From the human T2T-CHM13v2.0 reference genome, Homo sapiens, in NCBI GenBank assembly GCA_009914755.4, contig CP068257.2, positions 8,192,001 to 8,256,000 on the forward strand: a stretch of 64,000 bases of DNA, written 5' to 3'. The notes under the pieces were generated by a model. The model worked only from the letters and a program-made list of their open reading frames with translations, was not told the DNA's origin and ran no database searches. A program made the position numbers and the translations under genes. Shown here in pieces: positions 40,530-53,975 of this stretch. Within the stretch, counting starts at the first letter, position 1. Each line of letters opens with the position of its first letter.

Positions 40530-43500
40530 ATGCGCTCCAAATATCCACTTGCAGATTCTACAAAAAGACTGTTTCCAAGCTGCTCAATCAAAAGAAAAGC
40601 TCAACTCTGTTAGTTGAATGAGCACATCCCAAAGAAGTTCCTCAGAGTGCTTCTATCTAGTTTTTATGTGAATATATTTGCTTTTCCACCACAGGCCACA
40701 AACCCTCCAAATATCCACTTGAAGATTCTACAAAAAGAGTGCCTCAAAAATGCGCAATCAAAACAAAGGTTCAACTCTTCGAGATGGACGCACACAACAC
40801 AAAGAAGCTTCTCAGAATGTTTCTGTCTGGTTTTTTTGTGAAGATATTTCCTTTTCCACCGTAGTCCTCAAGTCTCTCCAAATATCTACTTTCAGAATCT
40901 CCAAAAAGAGTGTTTTAAAACTGCTGTACCAAAGAAAGTTTCATGTCGGAGATATGACTGCATACAACACAGAGAACTTTCTCAAAGTGCTTCTGTTTAT
41001 TTTTCTTATGAAGATATTTCCTTTTCCACTATGGGCCACAGAGTGCTCCAAATATCCACTGGCAGATTCTACAAAAAGGGTGTTTCAAAACTGCTCAATC
41101 AATAGAAAGTTTGAAGTCTGTGAGATGAATGTACACATCACAAAGGAGTTTCTAAGAATGCTTCCATCTGAATTTTATGTGAGGATATTTCCTTTTTCAC
41201 CATAGGCCTCAGTACACTCCAAATATCCATTTACAGATAATACAAATGACTGTATCCAAACTGCTCAATCAAAAGAAAGTTCAACTCTGTATGATGAATG
41301 CACACATCACAAGGGTGTTTCTCAGAAAGATTTTGTCTAGTTTTTAGGTGAAGATATTTCTTATTTCCCCAGAGGCCTCAATGGGCTCTCAAATATTCCC
41401 TTTCATATTCTACTAAATGACTGTATCGAAGCTGCTCAATCAAAAGACGGGTTTAACAGTGTGAGACGAAAATACACCTTCCTAGGAAGTTTCTCAGAAT
41501 TCTTCTTTCTAGTTTTTTATGTGAAGATATTTCCTTTTCCACTATAGGCCTCAAAGCGTTCCAAATATCCAATTGCAGATACTACAAATAGAGCGTTTCA
41601 AAACTGCTCAATCAAAAGAAAGGTTCAACTCTGTGAGATGAATGCAGACATCAAAAAGAAGTTTCTCAGCATGCTTCCGCCTTGTTTTTATGTGAAGATA
41701 TTTCCTTTTCCACCATAGGTCTCAAAGCACTGGTAATATCCATTTGCAGATACTACAAAAAGACTGTCCCCAAACTGCTCAATAAAAAGAAAGTTTCAAC
41801 TCTAGGAGTTAAAAGCAAATATCACAAAGAAGTTTCTCAGAAACTTTCTATCTAGTTTTTATGTGAACGTATTTCTTATCACCCCATAGACCTCAATCGG
41901 CTCACAAGTATCCTTCTGCAGATTGTAAAAAACTACTGTTTCCAAACTGCTCAATCTCAGGAAAGGTTTAACTTTGTGAGATGAATGCATCCATCACAGA
42001 GAAGTTTCTCAGAATGCTTCTGTCTCGTTTCCATGTGAAGAAGATTCCTTTTCCACCATATTCCTCATGCGCTCCAAATAAACACTTGCAGATTCCGCTA
42101 AAAGAGTGTTTCAAAACTGCTCAATCAAAAGAAAGGTTCTAGTCGGTGAGATGAATGCACACATCACAAAGAGGTTTCTATGAATGCTTCTGTCTGATTT
42201 ATATTGAAGATATATCCTTTTTCACCGTAGGCCTCAGAGTGCTTAAAATATCCATTTGCAGATAGTAGAAAAGACGGTTTCCAAACTGCTCAATCAAAGT
42301 AAAGTTCAACTCAGTGAGATGAATGCACACATCACCAAGACGTTTCTGAGAAAGATTCTGTCTCGTTTTTATGTGAAGATATTTCCTGTTTCCCCAGAGG
42401 CATCAATGAGCTCACAAATATTCCTTTGCATATTCTACAAAATGACTGTTTAGAAGGTGCTCAATCAAAAAAAAAGTTCAACAGTGTGAGATGAATGCGC
42501 CCATTCAAAGGAAGTTTCTCAGAATTCTTCTATCTAGTTTTTATGTGAAGATATTTCCTTTTTCACTATAGGCCACAAAGTGCTCCAAATATCCACTTGC
42601 AGACTCTACAAAACGAGTGTATCCACACTGCTCAATCAAAAGAAAATTTCAACTGTGTGAGATGAATGCACACATCAAAATAAATTTCTCCAAAACTTCT
42701 GCCTACTTTTTATGGGAAGATATTTCGTTTTTCAACGTAGGCCAAAAGCACTCCAAATATCAATTTGCAGATTCTACAAAAAGACTGTTTCCAAACTGCT
42801 CAATCAACAGAAAGTTTCAACCCAGTGAGTAGAAGTCACACATGACAAAATAGTTTCTCAGAAAGTATCTGTCTAGTTTTTATGTGAAGATATTTCCTAT
42901 CACCCCAGAAGCCTCAATGGGCTCACAAATATTCCTTTGCAGATTCTACAAAACGACAGTTTCAAAACTGCTGAATCAAAAGAAAGGTTCAACTCTGTGA
43001 GATGAATGCACAGATCACAAATAAGTTTCTCAGAATGCTGCTGTCTAGTTTTTATGGGAAGAGATTTCCTTTTCCACCATAGGCCTCAAAGCTCTCCAAA
43101 TAGCCATTTGCAGATACTGTAAAAAGACTGTTTCCAAACTGCTGAATCAAAAGAAAGGTTGAACTCCATGAGTTGAATGCACACGTCACAAAGAAGTTTC
43201 TCAGAATGCTTCTGACTAGTTTTTATGTGAAGATATTTTCTTTTCCACCATAGGCCTCAAAGCGCTGAAAATATCCACTTGAAGATTCTACAGAAAGAGA
43301 GTTTCAAAACTGCTCAAACAAAAGAAAGATTCAACTCTGTGAGATGAATGCACACATCACAAAGAAGTTTCTCAGAATGCTTCTGTCTAGTTTTATGTAA
43401 AGATATTTCCTTTTCTACTCTAGGCCACAAAGCACTCCAAATATCAACTTGCAGATTCTGCAGAAAGAGTTTTTCAAAGCTGCTCAATCAAAAGAAAAGT

Positions 43501-44444
43501 TCAACACTTTGAGATGAATGCACACATCATGAAGTTCCTCAGAATGCTTCTATTTTTATGTGAAGATATATCCTTTTCTACCATAGACCACAAAACGCTC
43601 CAAATATCCCCTTGCAGTTTCTACTAAAAGAGTGTTTCCAAACGGCTCAATCAAAAGAAAGTTTCAACTCTGTGAGATGAATGCACACATCATTAAGAAG
43701 TTTCTCAGTAATTTTCTGTCTAGTTTTTATGTGAAGATATTTCCTTTCCTACTATAGGCCTGAAAGTGCTGCAAATATCCGTTTGCAGATACTGCAAAAA
43801 GACTGTTTCCACACTGCTCAATCAAAGGAAATGTCCAACTCTGTGAGTTGAATGCATGCATCTCAAAGAGATTACTTATAATGATTCTGACTAGTTTTGA
43901 TGTGAAGATATTTGCTTTTCCACCAGTGGCCTCAAACTCTCCAAATATCCACTTGCAGATTCTACAATAAGAGTGTTTCAAAACTGCTCAATCAAAAGAA
44001 AGGTTCAACACTGTGAGATGAATGCACACGTCACAAAGCACTTTCTTAAAATGCTTCTGTCTAGCTTTTATGTGAAGATATTTCCTTTTTCACCATAGGC
44101 TGCAAAGCGCTCCAAATATCCCTTTCAGATTCTACAGAAAGAGAGTTTCAAAACTGTTCAATCAAAAGAGAAACTCAACTCTGGTGATGAATGCACGCAT
44201 CACAAAGCAGTTTCTCATAATATTTCTGTCTAGTTTTTATGTGAAGATATTTCATTCTCCACTATAGGCCGTAATGCACTCCTAATATCCACTTGCAGAT
44301 TCTACAAAAAGACTGTTTGCAAACTGCTCAAACAAAAGAAAAGTTCAACTCTGTGAGTTGAATGAGCACATCACAAAGAAGTTTCTCAGAATGCTTCTGT
44401 CTAGTTTTTATGTGAATATATTTCCTTTTCCACTATAGGCCGTC
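40530..44444. repeat. HOR copy 11, 23-mer, 3915 bp, haplotype III with additional private SNVs
   Basis: Phase 'atg' located at 40530. Several private substitutions (e.g. 'ccaagctgctc', 'tgttagttgaatg', 'caaaacaaagg') fuse two spurious ORFs. Confidence 0.85.
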
Positions 44445-47400
44445 ATGCGCTCCAAATATCCACTTGCAGATTCTACAAAAAGACTGTTTCCAAACTGCTC
44501 AGTCAAAAGAAAAGCTCAAATCTGTGAGTTGAATGAGCACATCCCAAAGAAGTTCTTCAGAATGCTTCTATCTAGTTTTTATGTGAATATATTTGCTTTT
44601 CCACCACAGGCCACAAACCCTCCAAATATCCACTTGAAGATTCTACAAAAAGAGTGCTTCAAAAATGCGCAATCAAAAGAAAGGTTCAACTCTTCGAGAT
44701 GGACGCACACATCACAAAGAAGCTTCCCAGAATGTTTCTGTCTAGTTTTATTGTGAAGATATTTCCTTTTCCACCGTAGTCCTCAAGTCTCTCCAAATAT
44801 CTACTTTCAGAATCTCCAAAAAGAGTGTTTTAAAACTGCTGTACCAAAGAAAGTTTCATGTCTGAGATATGACTGCATACAACACAGAGAACTTTCTCAA
44901 AGTGCTTCTGTTTATTTTTCTTATGAAGATATTTCCTTTTCCACTATGGGCCACAGAGTGCTCCAAATATCCACTGGCAGATTCTACAAAAAGGGTGTTT
45001 CAAAACTGCTCAATCAATAGAAAGTTTGAAGTCTGTGAGATGAATGTACACATCACAAAGGAGTTTCTAAGAATGCTTCCATCTGAATTTTATGTGAGGA
45101 TATTTCCTTTTTCACCATAGGCCTCAGTACACTCCAAATATCCATTTACAGATAATACAAATGACTGTATCCAAACTGCTCAATCAAAAGAAAGTTCAAC
45201 TCTGTATGATGAATGCACACATCACAAGGGTGTTTCTCAGAAAGATTTTGTCTAGTTTTTAGGTGAAGATATTTCTTATTTCCCCAGAGGCCTCAATGGG
45301 CTCTCAAATATTCCCTTTCATATTCTACTAAATGACTGTATCGAAGCTGCTCAATCAAAAGACGGGTTTAACAGTGTGAGACGAAAATACACCTTCCTAG
45401 GAAGTTTCTCAGAATTCTTCTTTCTAGTTTTTTATGTGAAGATATTTCCTTTTCCACTATAGGCCTCAAAGCGTTCCAAATATCCACTTGCAGATACTAC
45501 AAATAGAGCGTTTCAAAACTGCTCAATCAAAAGAAAGGTTCAACTCTGTGAGATGAATGCAGACATCAAAAAAACTTTCTCAGAATGCTTCCGCCTTGTT
45601 TTTATGTGAAGATATTTCCTTTTTCACCATAGGCCTCAAAGCACTGGTAATATCCATTTGCAGATACTACAAAAAGACTGTTCCCAAACTGCTCAATAAA
45701 AAGAAATTTTCAACTCTATGAGATAAAAGCTAATATCACAAAGAAGTTTCTCAGAAACTTTCTATCTAGTTTTTATGTGAACATATTTCTTATCACCCCA
45801 TAGACCTCAATCGGCTCACAAGTATCCTTCTGCAGATTGTAAAAAACTACTGTTTCCAAACCGCTCAATCACAGGAAAGGTTTAACTCTGTGAAATGAAT
45901 GCATCCATCACAGAGAAGTTTCTCAGAATGCTTCCGTCTCGTTTTCATGTGAAGAAGATTCCTTTTCCACCATATTCCTCATGCGCTCCAAATAAACACT
46001 TGCAGATTCCGCTAAAAGAGTGTTTCAAAACTGCTCAATCAAAAGAAAGGTTCTAGTCGGTGAGATGAATGCACACATCCCAAAGAAGTTTCTATGAATG
46101 CTTCTGTCTGATTTATATTGAAGATATTTCCTTTTTCACCGTAGGCCTCAGAGTGCTTAAAATATCCATTTGCAGATACTAGAAAAGACTGTTTCCAAAC
46201 TGCTCAATCAAAGTAAAGTTCAACTCAGTGAGATGAATGCACACATCACCAAGACGTCTCTGAGAAAGATTCTGTCTCGTTTTTATGTGAAGATATTTCC
46301 TGTTTCCCCAGAGGCATCAATGGGCTCACAAATATTCCTTTGCATATTCTACAAAATGACTGTTTAGAAGGTGCTCAATCAAAAAAAAAGTTCAACAGTG
46401 TGAGATGAATGCGCCCATTCAAAGGAAGTTTCTCAGAATTCTTCTATCTAGTTTTTATGTGAAGATATTTCCTTTTTCACTATAGGCCACAAAGTGCTCC
46501 AAATATCCACTTGCAGACTCTACAAAACGAGTGTATCCACACTGCACAATCAAAAGAATATTTCAACTGTGTGAGATGAATGCACACATCTAAATAAATT
46601 TCTCCAAAACTTCTGCCTACTTTTTATGGGAAGATATTTCGTTTTTCAACGTAGGCCAAAAGCACTCCAAATATCAATTTGCAGATTCTACAAAAAGACT
46701 GTTTCCAAACTGCTCAATCAAGAGAAAGTTTCAACCCAGTGAGTAGAAGTCACACATGACAAAATAGTTTCTCAGAAAGTATCTGTCTAGTTTTTATGTG
46801 AAGATATTTCCTATCACCCCAGAAGCCTCAATGGTCTCACAAATATTCCTTTGCAGATTCTACAAAACGACAGTTTCAAAACTGCTGAATCAAAAGAAAG
46901 GTTCAACTCTGTGAGATTAATGCACAGATCACAAATAAGTTTCTCAGAATGCTGCTGTCTAGTTTTTATCGGAAGAGATTTCCTTTTCCACCATAGGCCT
47001 CAAAGCTCTCCAAATAGCCATTTGCAGATACTGTAAAAAGACTGTTTCCAAACTGCTGAATCAAAAGAAAGGTTGAACTCCATGAGTTGAATGCACACGT
47101 CACAAAGAAGTTTCTCAGAATGCTTCTGACTAGTTTTTATGTGAAGATATTTTCTTTTCCACCGTAGGCCTCAAAGCGCTGAAAATATCCACTTGAAGAT
47201 TCTACCAAAAGAGAGTTTCAAAACTGCTCAAACAAAAGAAAGATTGAACTCTGTGAGATGAATGCACACATCACAAAGAAGTTTCTCAGAATGCTTCTGT
47301 CTAGTTTTATGTAAAGATATTTCCTTTTCTACTATAGGCCACAAAGCACTCCAAATATCAACTTGCAGATTCTGCAGAAAGAGTTTTTCAAAGCTGCTCA

Positions 47401-48356
47401 ATCAAAAGAAAAGTTCAACTCTTTGAGATGAATGCACACATCATGAAGTTCCTCAGAATGCTTCTATTTTTATGTGAAGATATATCCTTTTCTACCATAG
47501 ACCACAAAACGCTCCAAATATCCCCTTGCAGTTTCTACTAAAAGAGTGTTTCCAAACGGCTCAATCAAAAGAAGTTTCAACTCTGTGAGATGAATGCACA
47601 CATCATTAAGAAGTTTCTCAGTAATTTTCTGTCTAGTTTTTATGTGAAGATATTTCCTTTCCTACTATAGGCCTGAAAGTGCTCCAAATATCCGTTAGCA
47701 GATACTGCAAAAAGACTGTTTCCAAACTGCTCAATCAAAGGAAATGTCCAACTCTGTGAGTTGAATGCACGCATCTCAAAGAGATTACTTATAATGATTC
47801 TGTCTAGTTTTGATGTGAAGATATTTGCTTTTCCACCAGTGGCCTCAAACTCTCCAAATATCCACTTGCAGATTCTACAATAAGAGTGTTTCAAAACTGC
47901 TCAATCAAAAGAAAGGTTCAACACTGTGAGATGAATGCACACGTCACAAAGCACTTTCTTAGAATGCTTCTGTCTAGCTTATATGTGAAGATATTTCTTT
48001 TTCACCATAGGCTGCAAAGCGCTCCAAATATCCCTTTCAGATTCTACAGAAAGAGTGTTTCAAAACTGTTCAATCAAAAGAGAAATTCAACTCTGGTGAT
48101 GAATGCACGCATCACAAAGCAGTTTCTCATAATGTTTCTGTCTAGTTTTTATGTGAAGATATTTCATTTTCCACTATAGGCCGTAATGCACTCCTAATAT
48201 CCACTTGCAGATTCTACAGAAAGACTGTTTGCAAACTGCTCAAACAAAAGAAAAGTTCAACTCTGTGAGTTGAATGAGCACATCACAAAGAAGTTTCTCA
48301 GAATGCTTCTGTCTAGTTTTTATGTGAATATATTTCCTTTTCTACTACAGGCCGTA
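44445..48356. repeat. HOR copy 12, 23-mer, ~3912 bp, divergent haplotype III derivative
   Basis: 3912-bp period with multiple private SNVs or small indels relative to copies 7-10. Confidence 0.8.
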
Positions 48357-51300
48357 ATGCGCTCCAAATATCCACCTGCAGATTCTACAAAAAGACAGTT
48401 TCCAAACTGCTCAATCAAAAGAAAAGTTCAACTCTGTGAGTTGAATGAGCACATCACAAAGAAGTTTCTCAGAATGCTTCTATCTAGTTTTTATGTGAAT
48501 ATATTTCCTTTTCCACCACAGGCCAAAAACACTCCAAATATCCACTTGAAGATTCTACAAAAAGAGTGCTTCAAAAATGCTCAATCAAAAGAAAGGTTCA
48601 ACTCTTTGAGATGGATGCACACATCACAAAGAAGCTTCTCAGAATGTTCCTGTCTAGTTTTTTTGTGAAGATATTTCCTTTTCCACCGTAGTCCTCAAGT
48701 CTCTCCAAATATCTACTTTCAGAATCTCCAAAAAGAGTGTTTTAAAACTGCTGTACCAAAGACATTTTCATGTCTGAGATATGACTGCATACAACACAGA
48801 GAAGTTTCTCAAAGTGCTTCTGTTTATTTTTTTTATGAAGATATTTCCTTTTCCACTATTGGCCACAGAGCGCTCCAAATATCCACTGGCAGATTCTACA
48901 AAAAGAGTGTTTCAAAACTGCTCAATCAATAGAAAGTTTGAAGTCTGTGAGATGAATGCACACATCACAAAGGAGTTTCTAAGAATGCTTCCATCTGAAT
49001 TTTATGTGAGGATATTTCCTTTTTCACCATAGGCCTCAATACACTCCAAATATCCATTTACAGATAATACAAATGACTGTATCCAAACTGCTCAATCAAA
49101 AGAAAGTTCAACTGTGTATGATGAATGCACACATCACAAGGGTGTTTCTCAGAAAGTTTTTGCCTAGCTTTTAGGTGAAGATATTTCTTATTTCCCCAGA
49201 GGTCTCAATGGGCTCTCAAATATTCCCTTTCATATTCTACTAAATGACTGTATCGAAGCTGCTCAATCAAAAGACGGGTTTAACACTGTGAGACGAAAAT
49301 ACACCTTCCTAGGAAGTTTCTCAGAATTCTTCTTTCTAGTTTTTTATGTGAAGATATTTCCTTTTCCACTATAGGCCTCAAAGCGTTCCAAATATCCACT
49401 TGCAGAAACTACAAATAGAGCGTTTCAGAACTGCTCAATCAAAAGAAAGGTTCAACTCTGTGAGATGAATGCAGACATCAAAAAGAAGTTTCTCAGAATG
49501 CTTCTGCCTTGTTTTTATGTGAAGATATTTCCTTTTTCACCATAGGCCTCAAAGCACTGGTAATATCCATTTGCAGATACTACAAAAAGACTGTTCCCAA
49601 ACTGCTCAATAAAAAGAAAGTTTCAACTCTATGAGATAAAAGCAAATATCACAAAGAAGTTTCTCAGAAACTTTCTATCTAGTTTTTATGTGAACATATT
49701 TCTTATCACCCCATAGACCTCAATCGGCTCACAAGTATCCTTCTGCAGATTGTAAAAAACTACTGTTTCCAAACCGCTCAATCACAGGAAAGGTTTAACT
49801 CTGTGAAATGAATGCATCCATCACAGAGAAGTTTCTCAGAATGCTTCCGTCTCGTTTTTATGTGAAGAAGATTCCTTTTCCACCATATTCCTCATGCGCT
49901 CCAAAGAAACACTTGCAGATTCCGCTAAAAGAGTGTTTCAAAACTGCTCAATCAAAAGACAGGTTCTAGTCGGTGAGATGAATGCACACATCACAAAGAC
50001 GTTTCTATGAATGCTTCTGTCTGATTTATATTGAAGATATTTCCTTTTTCACCGTAGGCCTCAGAGTGCTTAAAATATCCATTTGCAGATACTAGAAAAG
50101 ACTGTTTCCAAACTGCTCAATCAAAATAAAGTTCAACTCAGTGAGATGAATGCACACATCACCAAGACGATTCTGACAAAGATTCTGTCTCGTTTTTATG
50201 TGAAGATATTTCCTGTTTCCCCAGAGGCATCAATGGGCTCACAAATATTCCTTTGCATATTCTACAAAATGACTGTTTAGAAGGTGCTGAATCAAAAAAA
50301 AAGTTCAACAGTGTGAGATGAATGCGCCCATTCAACGGAAGTTTCTCAGAATTCTTCTATCTAGTTTTTATGTGAAGATATTTCCTTTTTCACTATAGGC
50401 CAGAAAGTGCTCCAAATATCCACTTGCAGACTCTACAAAACGAGTGTATCCACACTGCTCAATCAAAAGAAAATTTCAACTGTGTGAGATGAATGCACAC
50501 ATCAAAATAAATTTCTCCAAAACTTCTGCCTACTTTTTATGGGAAGATATTTCGTTTTTCAACGTAGGCCAGAAGCACTCCAAATATCAATTTGCAGATT
50601 CTACAAAAAGACTGTTTCCAAACTGCTCAATCAAGAGAAAGTTTCAACCTGGTGAGTAGAAGTCACACATGACAAAATAGTTTCTCAGAAAGTATCTGTC
50701 TAGTTTTTATGTGAAGATATTTCCTATCACCCCAGAAGCCTCAATGGGCTCACAAATATTCCTTTGCAGATTCTACAAAACGACAGTTTCAAAACTGCTG
50801 AATCAAAAGAAAGGTTCAACTCTGTGAGATGAATGCACAGATCACAAATAAGTTTCTCAGAATGCTGCTGTCTAGTTTTTATGGGAAGATATTTCCTTTC
50901 CCACCATAGGCCTCAAAGCTCTCCAAATAGCCATTTGCAGATACTGTAAAAAGACTGTTTCCAAACTGCTGTATCAAAAGAAAGGTTGAACTCCATGAGT
51001 TGAATGCACACGTCACAAAGAAGTTTCTCAGAATGCTTCTGACTAGTTTTTATGTGAAGATATTTCCTTTTCCACTATAGGCCTCAAAGCGTTCCAAATA
51101 TCCACTTGCAGAAACTACAAATAGAGCGTTTCAGAACTGCTCAATCAAAAGAAAGGTTCAACTCTGTGAGATGAATGCAGACATCAAAAAGAAGTTTCTC
51201 AGAATGCTTCTGCCTTGTTTTTATGTGAAGATATTTCCTTTTTCACCATAGGCCTCAAAGCACTGGTAATATCCATTTGCAGATACTACAAAAAGACTGT

Positions 51301-53975
51301 TCCCAAACTGCTCAATAAAAAGAAAGTTTCAACTCTATGAGATAAAAGCAAATATCACAAAGAAGTTTCTCAGAAACTTTCTATCTAGTTTTTATGTGAA
51401 CATATTTCTTATCACCCCATAGACCTCAATCGGCTCACAAGTATCCTTCTGCAGATTGTAAAAAACTACTGTTTCCAAACCGCTCAATCACAGGAAAGGT
51501 TTAACTCTGTGAAATGAATGCATCCATCACAGAGAAGTTTCTCAGAATGCTTCCGTCTCGTTTTTATGTGAAGAAGATTCCTTTTCCACCATATTCCTCA
51601 TGCGCTCCAAAGAAACACTTGCAGATTCCGCTAAAAGAGTGTTTCAAAACTGCTCAATCAAAAGACAGGTTCTAGTCGGTGAGATGAATGCACACATCAC
51701 AAAGACGTTTCTATGAATGCTTCTGTCTGATTTATATTGAAGATATTTCCTTTTTCACCGTAGGCCTCAGAGTGCTTAAAATATCCATTTGCAGATACTA
51801 GAAAAGACTGTTTCCAAACTGCTCAATCAAAATAAAGTTCAACTCAGTGAGATGAATGCACACATCACCAAGACGATTCTGACAAAGATTCTGTCTCGTT
51901 TTTATGTGAAGATATTTCCTGTTTCCCCAGAGGCATCAATGGGCTCACAAATATTCCTTTGCATATTCTACAAAATGACTGTTTAGAAGGTGCTGAATCA
52001 AAAAAAAAGTTCAACAGTGTGAGATGAATGCGCCCATTCAACGGAAGTTTCTCAGAATTCTTCTATCTAGTTTTTATGTGAAGATATTTCCTTTTTCACT
52101 ATAGGCCAGAAAGTGCTCCAAATATCCACTTGCAGACTCTACAAAACGAGTGTATCCACACTGCTCAATCAAAAGAAAATTTCAACTGTGTGAGATGAAT
52201 GCACACATCAAAATAAATTTCTCCAAAACTTCTGCCTACTTTTTATGGGAAGATATTTCGTTTTTCAACGTAGGCCAGAAGCACTCCAAATATCAATTTG
52301 CAGATTCTACAAAAAGACTGTTTCCAAACTGCTCAATCAAGAGAAAGTTTCAACCTGGTGAGTAGAAGTCACACATGACAAAATAGTTTCTCAGAAAGTA
52401 TCTGTCTAGTTTTTATGTGAAGATATTTCCTATCACCCCAGAAGCCTCAATGGGCTCACAAATATTCCTTTGCAGATTCTACAAAACGACAGTTTCAAAA
52501 CTGCTGAATCAAAAGAAAGGTTCAACTCTGTGAGATGAATGCACAGATCACAAATAAGTTTCTCAGAATGCTGCTTTCTAGTTTTTATGGGAAGATATTT
52601 CCTTTCCCACCATAGGCCTCAAAGCTCTCCAAATAGCCATTTGCAGATACTGTAAAAAGACTGTTTCCAAACTGCTGTATCAAAAGAAAGGTTGAACTCC
52701 ATGAGTTGAATGCACACGTCACAAAGAAGTTTCTCAGAATGCTTCTGACTAGTTTTTATGTGAAGATATTTTCTTTTCCACAGTAGGCCTCAAAGCGCTG
52801 AAAATATCCACTTGAAGATTCTACAAATGAGAGTTTCAAAACTGCTCAAACAAAAGAAAGATTCAACTCTGTGAGATGAATGCACACATCACAAAGAAGT
52901 TTCTCAGAATGCTTCTGTCTAGTTTTATGTAAAGATATTTCCTTTTCTACTATAGGCCACAAAGCACTCCAAATATCAACTTGCAGATTCTGCAGAAAGA
53001 GTTTTTCAAAGCTGCTCAATCAAAAGAAAAGTTCAACTCTTTGAGATGAATGCACACATCAGGAAGTTCCTCAGAATGCTTCTATTTTTATGTGAAGATA
53101 TAGCCTTTTCTACCATAGACGACAAAACGCTCCAAATATCCCCTTGCAGTTTCTACTAAAAGAGTGTTTCCAAACTGCTCAATCAAAAGAAGTTTCAACT
53201 CTGTGAGATGAATGCACTCATCAATAAGAAGTTTCTCAGTAATTTTCTGTCTAGTTTTTATGTGAAGATATTTCCTTTCCTACTATAGGCCTGAAAGTGC
53301 TCCAAATATCCGTTTGCAGATACTGCAAAAAGACTGTTTCCAAACTGCTCAATCAAAGGAAATGTCCAAATCTGTGAGTTGAATGCACGCATCTCAAAGA
53401 GATTACTCATAATGATTCTGTCTAGTTTTGATGTGAAGATATTTGCTTTTCCACCAGTGGCCTCAAACTCTCCAAATATCCACTTGCAGATTCTACAATA
53501 AGAGTGTTTCAAAACTGCTCAATCAAAAGAAAGGTTCAACACTGTGAGATGAATGCACACGTCACAAAGCACTTTCTTAGAATGCTTCTGTCTAGCTTTT
53601 ATGTGAAGATATTTCCTTTTTCACCATAGGCTGCAAAGCGCTCCAAATATCCCTTTCAGATTCTACAGAAAGAGTGTTTCAAAACTGTTCAATCAAAAGA
53701 GAAACTCAACTCTGGTGATGAATGCACGCATCACAAAGCAGTTTCTCATAATGTTTCTGTCTAGTTTTTATGTGAAGATATTTCATTTTCCACTATAGGC
53801 CGTAATGCACTCCTAATATCCACTTGCAGATTCTACAGAAAGACTGTTTGCAAACTGCTCAAACAAAAGAAAAGTTCAGCTCTGTGAGTTGAATGAGCAC
53901 ATCACAAAGAAGTTTCTCAGAATGCTTCTGTCTAGTTTTTATGTGAATATATTTCCTTTTCCACTATAGGCCGTA
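48357..53975. repeat. HOR copy 13, expanded to ~5619 bp (33 monomers) by internal 10-monomer tandem duplication; edge haplotype IV
   Basis: Phase point at 48357, next at 53976. The D and E monomer ORFs occur twice, 1706 bp apart (50083/51789 and 50444/52150). Confidence 0.85.
49351..52762. repeat. Near-identical tandem duplication of a ~1.7 kb 10-monomer block within HOR copy 13 (first copy ~49351-51062, second ~51063-52762)
   Basis: After the F-region monomer (…gcttctgactagtttttatgtg), the sequence at ~51060 jumps back to the monomer normally following C ('aagatatttccttttccactataggcctcaaagcgttccaaatatccacttgcagaaactac'). The D and E ORF peptides are duplicated identically, and I noticed only one SNV between the two copies. 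Confidence 0.8.

Noticed and set aside
40750-41205. Longest ORF in the window (151 aa, + strand)
   Set aside because: It is a fusion of two of the periodic satellite ORFs, caused by private SNVs in HOR copy 11 that remove a stop. It is not a distinct coding sequence.
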